A DNA stretch of 64,000 nt from Candidatus Thalassarchaeum sp. (GTDB lineage: Archaea > Thermoplasmatota > Poseidoniia > Poseidoniales > Thalassarchaeaceae). The notes beneath the pieces are model-generated. The model had not been told where the DNA came from and did not search any database. It saw nothing but the letters and a program-made list of their open reading frames with translations. A program made the position numbers and the translations under genes. Each line of letters opens with the position of its first letter. The first letter of the stretch is position 1. The stretch covers positions 44,413 to 108,412 of the forward strand of contig JAKUOA010000006.1 in NCBI GenBank assembly GCA_022451235.1, in the 5' to 3' direction. Of this stretch, positions 19,624 to 28,216 are shown piece by piece.

Positions 19624-20511
19624 ATGTCTGATTGTCTCGATGATTTTCCCAATCAATTAGAACCAAGTTTTTCTTGTTTCCAAGACTCTATGTCTGCAGG
19701 ACCTGCCTCAGGGATTCTAATTTTGATACTCGGAATTCCTTTGATTGGAATAGTTAAGAGATATTTACGAAGGTTGCTAGATAAAACCGACTTTGATGAA
19801 GGACTGGAAAATTTTCTTTTCCGAGTTGCAAATGTCGTACTATGGGCGGTTGTTATCCTAACCGCAGCAAATGAATTCGGAATAAATGTCACAGGTTTGG
19901 TTGTCGGTTTAGGGTTTGTAGGATTAGCAGTAGCCTTTGCGGCACAAGATACAGTAGAGAATGTAATTGCTGGTATTTTCATCATAATTGACAGACCATT
20001 CAGAGAGGGGGAGAGAATTCTATTGCCGAAGAGTCTAGGTGGGACTTATTCAAAATGGGGTGATGTTAGTTACATTGGTTTGAGGACCACCAGAGTAAGA
20101 TCAACAGATGGAGTCTTACTTACCGTTCCAAACAAGATTCTAACAAAAGATGCAGTTGCAAATTTCAGTCACAGCTCGGATATGGAACTCAGGGTAAGAA
20201 TCAGACTTGGACTTACTGCAACTTGGGCGAACGTCACAAAGGCGGAGGAGATTGTACAAGATATCGCTGATAATCATCCAGACATCGTTAGCAAACCAAA
20301 ACCACCAGAGGTTGTTTTGAGAGGATTCGGAGACCAAGAAATAGTCATGGAGATTCGATATTATGTGGACCATGCAAAGAAAATGAGGCCATCTAAATCA
20401 TTCTTTGTTACTGAGATATTGAGAAGATTCGAGGAAAATGGAGTGACCTTAGCCTTCCCGGTTCGAGTCAATATGAATAGTGATGTGAATCTAGAAGATC
20501 TTGGATTCTAG
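19624..20511 (+). CDS. mscS: Small-conductance mechanosensitive channel (MscS family)
   Basis: GLAVAFAAQDTVENVIAG, DRPFREGE, IGLRTTRV, VPN. Confidence 0.92.
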   Translation: MSDCLDDFPNQLEPSFSCFQDSMSAGPASGILILILGIPLIGIVKRYLRRLLDKTDFDEGLENFLFRVANVVLWAVVILTAANEFGINVTGLVVGLGFVGLAVAFAAQDTVENVIAGIFIIIDRPFREGERILLPKSLGGTYSKWGDVSYIGLRTTRVRSTDGVLLTVPNKILTKDAVANFSHSSDMELRVRIRLGLTATWANVTKAEEIVQDIADNHPDIVSKPKPPEVVLRGFGDQEIVMEIRYYVDHAKKMRPSKSFFVTEILRRFEENGVTLAFPVRVNMNSDVNLEDLGF

Positions 20512-20534
20512 TGATTCAAAGGGTACCCATTGAT

Positions 20535-20900
20535 TCAACCAACGAGTCGTAGAGAAGGTCCACTAGTGACTTCGATATACGAACCGCCAGCACTAACCAA
20601 TCGCTCCTTCAATCTCCTGTCAACAGTCAAGACAGGCCAACCGGATTCAACTGAAAGTTCAACCAACATATCGTCGGTATGCTTCATCCCTTCAATATCT
20701 GACATTCTCTCAGATTTCTGCTCTAGCAAATCGAGTAGTAGACCGCCGCGCGTCTGCGATAATTTCTGTAATTCCGCATCCACTGAATCCAGAACCAATA
20801 ATCTCGGCGAACCAGCAACTGAAGCCATTGCCACATCAAGATTCAATCTAGCATCGACTAATGCCACCCAACCACAAGCGTCGATGAGGACGCTGGACAT
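20535..20900 (-). CDS. PIN-domain protein (Fcf1/Utp24-like)
   Basis: VLIDAC, HTDD, VLTVDRRLK; conserved position after aIF2-gamma. Confidence 0.82.
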   Translation of the reverse strand: MSSVLIDACGWVALVDARLNLDVAMASVAGSPRLLVLDSVDAELQKLSQTRGGLLLDLLEQKSERMSDIEGMKHTDDMLVELSVESGWPVLTVDRRLKERLVSAGGSYIEVTSGPSLRLVG

Positions 20901-20904
20901 CACT

Positions 20905-22152
20905 TCACCCCGTGATGGTTCCATGACCGATTAGTCGCCATCGTGTTCCGATTCTTCGAGACAAAGTGATTCGACTTCCCTCAAGTGCACAAATTGGCAA
21001 ACGTAGGCGCAGTGTGCATTTTTTCCCTTTGATTGCAGTAACTTGGCCTACACTTGTAGCGGTTGCAGAGTTGATCATTAACATTTCATTCGGCTGTAGC
21101 GGCCTTACCTTCTCAGGAGCATCATCGCCACTTGCCACCATATGTTCTAACAAATCCAAATCAAGATTGAACTCCTCCCATATCGGTGGTAGTTCACCTT
21201 GACGAGCCATCACTTGTCCAGATAGGTCATCAGCTTTGGTGACATTAGGGTCCATCGGAGTAGCAACTCCACAGAGTCCACCAGCGTGAATCGTCTCTAG
21301 GTCTAGGCCGCCACCTTGTACAGATTCGATGACTGTCTTGATTGGTTCCCATCGGGTTTTACTTCCCTCTTGGATTCGGCGACCTGGAGCGATTAGGATG
21401 TCATCTCCAACTGAGAATTGGCCCTTCACCACAGAACCTCCTATGATTCCTCCTCGTAGTTTATCCGGCCTTGAACCAGGACGATTGATATCGAAGGATC
21501 TTGCAACATACATCAGTGCCTCCTTTTGTTTCCCATGGTCAGGGGTAGGAATAATGTCCTCAATAGCCTGAATCAGAATATCGAGATTTACATCATGATG
21601 CGCTGAGATCGGAATTATTGGTGCATCTTCTGCAATCGTTCCCTTTACGAATTCCTTGATTTCATTATGAGACTCAATGGCTCTTTCTTTTGTCACGATG
21701 TCGATTTTATTTTGAACGATTATAATATTCTCAATTCCTGCAATTTGTAAAGCTGACAAGTGTTCACGTGTCTGCGGTTGTGGACATTTTTCAGTTGCAG
21801 AAATCAGCAGAAGTGCTCCATCCATAATCGATGAGCCTGAGATCATCACAGCCATCAGCGTCTCGTGTCCGGGAGCATCGACGAATGAAACAACTCTGAG
21901 TAGTTCCTTGTCAATGTCCTTCTTTCCATCTGGTCGCTTACCTGTAGGGTAATATTCTCCATCCTTGGTCCTGTAGAATGCAGTGTCGGCATAGCCGAGT
22001 TTGATACTTATCCCTCGTTTTCTTTCCTCAGAATGGGTATCTGTCCAGACTCCTGAAAGAGCACGGGTTAGAGTCGTCTTGCCGTGGTCGACGTGACCGA
22101 CCATGCCGATGTTGACTACAGGCTGGCTAGGTAATTGACTTGCCAGACTCAT
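20905..22152 (-). CDS. eif2g: Translation initiation factor aIF2 subunit gamma
   Basis: GHVDHGKT, RGISIKLGYA, DAPGH, QNKID, RWRLIG. Confidence 0.97.
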   Translation of the reverse strand: MSLASQLPSQPVVNIGMVGHVDHGKTTLTRALSGVWTDTHSEERKRGISIKLGYADTAFYRTKDGEYYPTGKRPDGKKDIDKELLRVVSFVDAPGHETLMAVMISGSSIMDGALLLISATEKCPQPQTREHLSALQIAGIENIIIVQNKIDIVTKERAIESHNEIKEFVKGTIAEDAPIIPISAHHDVNLDILIQAIEDIIPTPDHGKQKEALMYVARSFDINRPGSRPDKLRGGIIGGSVVKGQFSVGDDILIAPGRRIQEGSKTRWEPIKTVIESVQGGGLDLETIHAGGLCGVATPMDPNVTKADDLSGQVMARQGELPPIWEEFNLDLDLLEHMVASGDDAPEKVRPLQPNEMLMINSATATSVGQVTAIKGKKCTLRLRLPICALEGSRITLSRRIGTRWRLIGHGTITG

Positions 22153-22166
22153 CAACCCCTACCGAT

Positions 22167-22652
22167 TCACTCCTCTTCGTCAGAGGGCGTCTCGGTAGCG
22201 GCCTCTTCCTCGAGACCAAAAATCACTGGTAGTGAGCGCTTTCCTGCCTCAACGACCTTCAGATTGATTTGACGTGTATCCTGACTGATGACATTGCCTC
22301 GAAGGTTTCTTCTTCGGCGAATCCCGTCATACTTGTAGACGTATTCTTGGGCGTTCTTCTTCACGTATTTCTTCCCCTTGTATCCAACTCCGGGCGATAC
22401 GAGAACCGACTTTACTCCTCCACCATCTAGGTCAGGGCGCATTGGTCGGCCTGTGACATCTGAGCCACCGGTGATTTGCAACTTGTATCCAGAAAGTGTT
22501 TGATCACCATCTCCAACGAACATCCCATCGACGGAATCCCCGATTTTCTTACCCAAGAAATGGTTGTAATTTGCACCTGTGATATCCACAGCATATGCTC
22601 GATGGTCGACTGCTCCATTAACCACCGCCTTGAACGCCTGTTCTCCTGCCAT
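22167..22652 (-). CDS. rps6e: 30S ribosomal protein S6e (eS6)
   Basis: GYKLQITGGSD..G.PMRPD, RRRRNLRGN, QINLKVV; GGTGA SD before ATG 22652. Confidence 0.95.
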   Translation of the reverse strand: MAGEQAFKAVVNGAVDHRAYAVDITGANYNHFLGKKIGDSVDGMFVGDGDQTLSGYKLQITGGSDVTGRPMRPDLDGGGVKSVLVSPGVGYKGKKYVKKNAQEYVYKYDGIRRRRNLRGNVISQDTRQINLKVVEAGKRSLPVIFGLEEEAATETPSDEEE

Positions 22653-22721
22653 GATGTCACCTGAACGGCCTCCCGACAGGAGACCCCTATAAGAGCGGTT
22701 CGGATTCACCTACGGTGAGTC

Positions 22722-23897
22722 TTAGCCTCTCAAAAATTCTCTCTCAATTCTGCTTTCGATGGTTGCTGGTGCAGTATTGTTCATTGTGATATGTTGAGTT
22801 CTTCCTCTTCCAACGTTGGTATTTGCTGCCCTAGTTTCGATTAGTCCTTCGGTTTCCAACGTCTTCAGATGCTTCCAGAAAGTAGTGTAACTTCGCGGTT
22901 TTACCTCATATTCTTCACAGACTAGTAAGTAGAGCTTGTGAGCATCTCCGCTCGAGACGTATTCAGCCTTCTTCAAACGTCTACAAATACCTAGCAAAGA
23001 CAATTTTTGGTGTTGTGATAAATTGTCAACCGAACTCGGCTCCAGTGATGCCTTTCTCAAGGTACTAGGTCGCACATCATCAGGTAGAACTTCACCACGA
23101 CCCTCTTTCTCGGTTCGGCGGATGGCCGCTTCCAGTAGTTCAATCGCCATCCGCGCATCTCCTGATTCAGCAGCGAATTGACCAATTTTAGTTAGAGTTT
23201 CATCGGCTACCGACCCAGTTCGACAGGCAACCTCTACCCTTTGGCTAGCGATACCTGTCAGAGTCTCCGCATTGTAGGGTTGCATCTCGACGATATTTGA
23301 TTGCCCCAAGCGTGAGATAATCGCTGGCTCAAAGAGCTTCATCAAAGCTAAATTCTGACTAACAAGAATCATCGAAATCGTTCCTTGGTTTTCTTTTCCT
23401 TCATCGATTCTCAATAATTTGTAGATTAGATCCGACTGATCACGATTTACCAAAATATCAGCCTCGTCCAAAATCAACAGAAGATGACTATCGTGTGTAA
23501 TCAGATTTCTTCGAATAGATTGGATGATTTCACTTGGACTAAATCCTCTCTCCGGATGTCGTTCGTCGAGGCTGAGTGCAATCTGTTGCAATACCTGTGG
23601 ACCGGTTGGATGATTACGACAGTTTACGTGAGTTATCACGGTTTTTCTTCTTCCTTCGAGATGACGTTGAATATCTTCTGCAAAGCGACGTGTCAGAACA
23701 GTCTTTCCTGAGCCAACCGGACCCATTACGACCGCTTGGCAACTGGTTTCATGATTCTCAATTTGCGAAAATATGGCAGCCATATCGCCTAATTCTTCGT
23801 CTCTACCTATCAGAGATGGCGGAACCCAGTCGTACGAAAGAGGGGCCTTATCCAGCAGGACTTTGCCTGCTCCGATGCGGTCGAGGTATCCTGCCAT
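22722..23897 (-). CDS. cdc6: Orc1/Cdc6 replication initiator
   Basis: LSYDWVP..L.GRDEE, GPVGSGKT, HVNC, LILDEAD, GDARMAI, C-terminal winged helix with GRGRT. Confidence 0.95.
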   Translation of the reverse strand: MAGYLDRIGAGKVLLDKAPLSYDWVPPSLIGRDEELGDMAAIFSQIENHETSCQAVVMGPVGSGKTVLTRRFAEDIQRHLEGRRKTVITHVNCRNHPTGPQVLQQIALSLDERHPERGFSPSEIIQSIRRNLITHDSHLLLILDEADILVNRDQSDLIYKLLRIDEGKENQGTISMILVSQNLALMKLFEPAIISRLGQSNIVEMQPYNAETLTGIASQRVEVACRTGSVADETLTKIGQFAAESGDARMAIELLEAAIRRTEKEGRGEVLPDDVRPSTLRKASLEPSSVDNLSQHQKLSLLGICRRLKKAEYVSSGDAHKLYLLVCEEYEVKPRSYTTFWKHLKTLETEGLIETRAANTNVGRGRTQHITMNNTAPATIESRIEREFLRG

Positions 23898-23997
23898 TCA
23901 AGGGAGTCTTGCTCTAGCCGTTCTTAGAGATATTTACTGCAAAGCGCGCGCATACAGGCGTCTGTGACCCGCGCCGGGAGAATTCACTCAATCCCGA

Positions 23998-25107
23998 TTA
24001 TGGGATTTCATCGAATTGGTAACCGTTTTCCCATTGTTTTTCACCTAGGGCAACTTCTAATTCGAAGGGTGTGATTAGTGGCTTAGCGTACTTCACTGCA
24101 TCATCGATTGCTATGCGCGGGCATGCGGTATTGACGAAGGCATCAACGGGATAGAAGTCGATTAGTTCAGGGCCGACATGATCTAGTGCGAGAAGGTATC
24201 CTTTACGCCCGTGTTTTTCGAGAAGCCGCTTCATTCTGATGGCTAGATTACGTCGCATTTGACCCGGCTTCTCACCGATGAGAATACCGAATGACTTCGC
24301 CTCATCGACAGAGAAAATTAATCCCATTCTCTGTCTAAGAATTCGTTCGATACGTTCGAAGGATAACTCGCTGGCCTCACCCGTATATGGGTCTAGCAAG
24401 GCTAGTGGTTTACCGGTATGCATGACCAATCCAATCGGGTGGAAATCTCCCGAACCTAGGAATATGTAGTGTCCGATAGAGGGGTCATCTCCAGAGTAAT
24501 TGCAACCTAGGACTTGTCCAGGGAAAGTCAGCCGTGCTCCTCCTGTTGGTATCTCAACCTCAAATCCAGCATTCTCAAAGCGTTCTTTGTACTCTGGAAG
24601 AAGGTGCAGGTGTTGGATAGAGCCGACTAGTCCCAATTTGGTACCAGACAAAGGAGCGACTCTACCTACAGCATCAAGGAATCTCTCTTTTGCTTCATCC
24701 TCACTGAGGTCGAAGGGAGTTATCGACTCAGTTAATCTGGTTTCTGCGATTGCTTTGTGTCGGGCTAAGATAGGAACAACGGGATCAATTTCAGGATCTC
24801 CTTCGTAAGTTACCGGAATGAAATGAGTTGGCATACCCGAGTCGATATTCATTGCACTATGCCCCATGTGGGCGACTAATTCAACACCCATCATACGCAT
24901 TTTATCATGCACCAAATCACATGCCCCATAGCAAGGATCTGCTGCCAAGACTACCTTCGCTTCTGAGTCCTCTTCAATCGAGTCCATCATTTCAAGAGCT
25001 TGCATTTTCAGACCTTCGGGAACTTGCAAAGCAACCAAGCGATGATCATTGTCTTTGATCCGCTCGACTAGGTCGTCGAGCTGAAAATCGTGACGTTCCA
25101 TGTCCAT
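23998..25107 (-). CDS. dph2: Diphthamide biosynthesis radical-SAM enzyme Dph2
   Basis: LQVPEGLK, PCYGACD, GQVLGCN, NTACPRIA (three Fe-S Cys). Confidence 0.95.
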   Translation of the reverse strand: MDMERHDFQLDDLVERIKDNDHRLVALQVPEGLKMQALEMMDSIEEDSEAKVVLAADPCYGACDLVHDKMRMMGVELVAHMGHSAMNIDSGMPTHFIPVTYEGDPEIDPVVPILARHKAIAETRLTESITPFDLSEDEAKERFLDAVGRVAPLSGTKLGLVGSIQHLHLLPEYKERFENAGFEVEIPTGGARLTFPGQVLGCNYSGDDPSIGHYIFLGSGDFHPIGLVMHTGKPLALLDPYTGEASELSFERIERILRQRMGLIFSVDEAKSFGILIGEKPGQMRRNLAIRMKRLLEKHGRKGYLLALDHVGPELIDFYPVDAFVNTACPRIAIDDAVKYAKPLITPFELEVALGEKQWENGYQFDEIP

Positions 25108-25175
25108 GGTAACCAACTAGCCGTCCTGAGTTCGGTATTTGAGCGGTTTCGATGAAAATGCTATATTTCTCAGTA

Positions 25176-25754
25176 TCAATCGACAATCTCGACCTTTCCA
25201 TCAATGATATCGATTCTAGCAAGAGATCGAATAGGCCAATGTGGTTTTTCACGATTCAACCTCTCTCGCCCTTCGCCCTTTTCGATTGCGATGACAATAT
25301 CCTGTAAGATTACTCCCATATCTTCGAGTTGTTGAATAAGAGGTTCTAGAGTTCCACCAGTAGAGATTACGTCATCAACGATTACAATTCTTTCTCCAGC
25401 CTTGATATCGTTGATGTATACGGTAGATTGCGAATATCCGGTTGCTACGTCAACACGAGTTTCTCCTTCCATACCATATGAGCGCTTTCGCACAACAACC
25501 GTTGGCTTTCCAGTAGCATCTCCGACCGCTGCAAGAAGTGGCAGCCCCATCGCTTCTACACTTACTATCAGGTCAACCTGTGACCAATCTACGCTAGATA
25601 CGATTAGGTCGCGTGTTGCCCGAAGTACATCGGGGTCCATTCTTGGAATACCGTCCGAAATTGGATGAATGAAGTAGGGATATTCACCCTTCCAAATGAT
25701 TGGAGCACCACGCAGTGATTCTTGCAGTACTGTAAGAGGATCGGCAGATCCCAT
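25176..25754 (-). CDS. hpt: Archaeal hypoxanthine/guanine (purine) phosphoribosyltransferase
   Basis: YPYFIHPISDG, EAMG, IVDDVISTGGT PRPP motif. Confidence 0.88.
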   Translation of the reverse strand: MGSADPLTVLQESLRGAPIIWKGEYPYFIHPISDGIPRMDPDVLRATRDLIVSSVDWSQVDLIVSVEAMGLPLLAAVGDATGKPTVVVRKRSYGMEGETRVDVATGYSQSTVYINDIKAGERIVIVDDVISTGGTLEPLIQQLEDMGVILQDIVIAIEKGEGRERLNREKPHWPIRSLARIDIIDGKVEIVD

Positions 25755-25766
25755 ACCCGACCAACC

Positions 25767-26312
25767 TCAGATTAATCCCAATTCACTAAGTCGCTCATGG
25801 CCCTTCTTGACATGAATAGTGGTCGGGCTTGGGAACTTCATTCCTGCCTTACGAAGTGAATCACGAGCGGCCGCGTAAAATTCAGCAGTTGTCTGAACTG
25901 AGACTATGACATCATTTCTCTGTACGCGGGCTGCGGTTCCGACATTCTTTCCAAAGGATAGTCGCATACCCTGTGATACCCTGTCTGCTCCGGCGCCCGT
26001 AGCCTGCTTATTCTCCCGTAGGATGTTGTGCGGATACTTGTGAATTCGAAGAGCATAGCCCATATCTCCAGCTGCGTTTCTTATTGTTGAGTTAGAGACT
26101 TGTCGAGCAGCCTCTAGTGCAGTATCTCGGATTTGTACAGCATTGTCTACGGTTAGCTCGAGTACTACCTCAAATCCTCCCGCCTCGGCAACCTTTCTGT
26201 TGCCCATATGGTAGCGAAGAATTCGATTATTTGGCACACCGCCAGTATACTCTCGGCGTGTGTATGCCTGTCCCTTGACTTGGCGATACATTTTGGCGGG
26301 TTTGCGTGCCAT
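25767..26312 (-). CDS. rpl10e: 50S ribosomal protein L10e (uL16)
   Basis: MARKPA.MYR, ALEAAR, LRENKQATGAGADRVSQGMR. Confidence 0.97.
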   Translation of the reverse strand: MARKPAKMYRQVKGQAYTRREYTGGVPNNRILRYHMGNRKVAEAGGFEVVLELTVDNAVQIRDTALEAARQVSNSTIRNAAGDMGYALRIHKYPHNILRENKQATGAGADRVSQGMRLSFGKNVGTAARVQRNDVIVSVQTTAEFYAAARDSLRKAGMKFPSPTTIHVKKGHERLSELGLI

Positions 26313-26390
26313 CTCAACTACCTCGGGCTCGGCCGACCTACCCGCCGTATTTAACGATAGGTGCAGCCCCTACGGGGCTAAGTAAATCGA

Positions 26391-27332
26391 TTAAGCAGTT
26401 CTCAATGCCTCACTTTCACGCTGAACCACTCTAACACCAATAACAATTAGAATAAATCCGAGTAGAAGAGTCCATCCTATATTCTCGTCTAGTAAGATAA
26501 CGCCCCCCAGTACCCCGAAAACTGGCATCAAGAAGATGTAGGAGGAGGCAGCGGTTGCACCGAGTTTCTCAACTCCAATAGCAAACCAATAGTAAGCCAA
26601 AACTGTAGATATGGCAGCGAGATAAAAGATCGCATACCAATCGGTCAGGGTCGGCTCGGGGATTCCATATTGCCAAGTTTCCCAAGCCGCTAATGGCGTT
26701 AGTAAAACCGTTCCAATGAGAGAATACCATACCACAATTTCCAATGTTGTCGCTTTTTGCTCACTATTTCTTTGTTCCATCATTCGCTTGGTATTATTCG
26801 TCGTCATCGCCCAATTTAGTGAAGCCAATAAAATCATGAAGTCTCCAAGAATTCTATCTTCAAATGGGATATCTGTATTGGGGCTCCATCCGGTAACTAC
26901 CCCCACTCCAATGAAGCCACAGAATAGACCAACGAACATCTTGCGAGAAATTTTTTGGCCTAACATTGGAGCTGCCAATAGTACAGTAAAAATCGGATTG
27001 AATGTGATTATGAGAGAAGCATCACCAGCAGCAGTGAATCGCATACCATTCATGAAAAATATCTGATAACCCAGAACGCCAGTTAACGCAATCAGCGTTA
27101 GTGTTCTCCAAGTTTTTCGACCACTTGGGAGCCAATTGACTTCATATCCTTTCAGAGCACGGCCAGCAAACCAAGCATAGAACAAGACCATCGTTAGGAC
27201 ATACCTAAGCCAAGCACCAGTCATTGGAGGCAATCCCAATGCTAGGATTCTACCCACTGCCCAGGCCATTCCCCAAGAGAACACAACTAGGATCATCAGT
27301 CCGTGAACTCGCCATTGATTCCCGAAACTCAT
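26391..27332 (-). CDS. DMT/EamA family transporter
   Basis: About 10 TM, duplicated EamA pattern (SWG...; ASLIITFNPIFT; ASSYIFLMPVFG...LLDE). Confidence 0.9.
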   Translation of the reverse strand: MSFGNQWRVHGLMILVVFSWGMAWAVGRILALGLPPMTGAWLRYVLTMVLFYAWFAGRALKGYEVNWLPSGRKTWRTLTLIALTGVLGYQIFFMNGMRFTAAGDASLIITFNPIFTVLLAAPMLGQKISRKMFVGLFCGFIGVGVVTGWSPNTDIPFEDRILGDFMILLASLNWAMTTNNTKRMMEQRNSEQKATTLEIVVWYSLIGTVLLTPLAAWETWQYGIPEPTLTDWYAIFYLAAISTVLAYYWFAIGVEKLGATAASSYIFLMPVFGVLGGVILLDENIGWTLLLGFILIVIGVRVVQRESEALRTA

Positions 27333-27384
27333 CTCAAGCGCTCAGACCTGCGTGTATTGACTTGAGTCAAATAATGTACTGAGT

Positions 27385-27786
27385 TCAAAATAGATGAATA
27401 ATTACTCTATTCCAAGCCATAATTGCAAATACAGTAATTGTAGAAAACAGCCACAAATTGTAGATAGAGTTGGGGATTTTGAATTCCTTGATATCAGAGA
27501 CGATGGGTACTAAAGATCGTAATGAAAGATAAATGAAGGCTAAGTAAATCAATGGTGTTCCTAGATTAAAATCCAATGCGGATTTCAAATCAAGATGAGT
27601 AATTGCAACAAATCCTCTGGTCATTCCACAGAATGGACATTCCTGTCCTGTGAGATAGTAATGGGGGCATAAGTTCAATCCATCTATATCTCCATGTGGG
27701 AGAATTGCGGAAGTAATCAGAGCGCCAGATGCAATTACACCTTCGATATCTTCTTTTTTTATAGAAGAAACACTGAATTTCGGCAT
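27385..27786 (-). CDS. DUF2752 family membrane protein
   Basis: CP...TG.ECPFCGMTRGF...FN motif. Confidence 0.85.
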   Translation of the reverse strand: MPKFSVSSIKKEDIEGVIASGALITSAILPHGDIDGLNLCPHYYLTGQECPFCGMTRGFVAITHLDLKSALDFNLGTPLIYLAFIYLSLRSLVPIVSDIKEFKIPNSIYNLWLFSTITVFAIMAWNRVIIHLF

Positions 27787-27875
27787 ATTTTAGACACCTT
27801 GTCAATAATGCCTTCTGGCTTATATGAAGGCGGTGCCGGAGATTGATTTAAACCTAAGATGGCTAACCGTTGTTT

Positions 27876-28097
27876 ATGGAAGAACAAACCTCAGACAAAG
27901 ACTGGACTACGCTGTTGATTCTATCTATCCTATTGGGTGGATTGGGAGTTGACCGATTTTATGCAGGGCACATCGGCCTCGGTGTACTGAAGCTACTTAC
28001 TGTAGGCGGCTGCGGAATTTGGGCGCTTATCGACATCATCTTGGTTGCAACTGGAAAGTTCTCAGACGCTGATGGTCTACCGATTGTCAACCAGTGA
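27876..28097 (+). CDS. TM2 domain protein
   Basis: 'LLGGLGVDRFYAGHIGLGVLKLLTVGGCGIWALID' TM2 consensus. Confidence 0.92.
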   Translation: MEEQTSDKDWTTLLILSILLGGLGVDRFYAGHIGLGVLKLLTVGGCGIWALIDIILVATGKFSDADGLPIVNQ

Positions 28098-28216
28098 AAG
28101 CTGCTTACTCTGAATAACCAAGTCCTTCCCATAGGGAAGGTTAGCACAGGATTGCTTATGCACCCTAGGCTCACAGACACAGCCCACGCGCAGCGTAAGC
28201 AATGGAGGAGTCTGAT

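Noticed and set aside
23898-23997. Replication origin directly upstream of cdc6
   Set aside because: Only 100 bp, not AT-rich, and no ORB or mini-ORB or G-string visible
27357-27370. Palindrome TTGACT-TG-AGTCAA upstream of the DMT transporter
   Set aside because: Six-bp arms, single occurrence, no adjacent regulator; indistinguishable from chance
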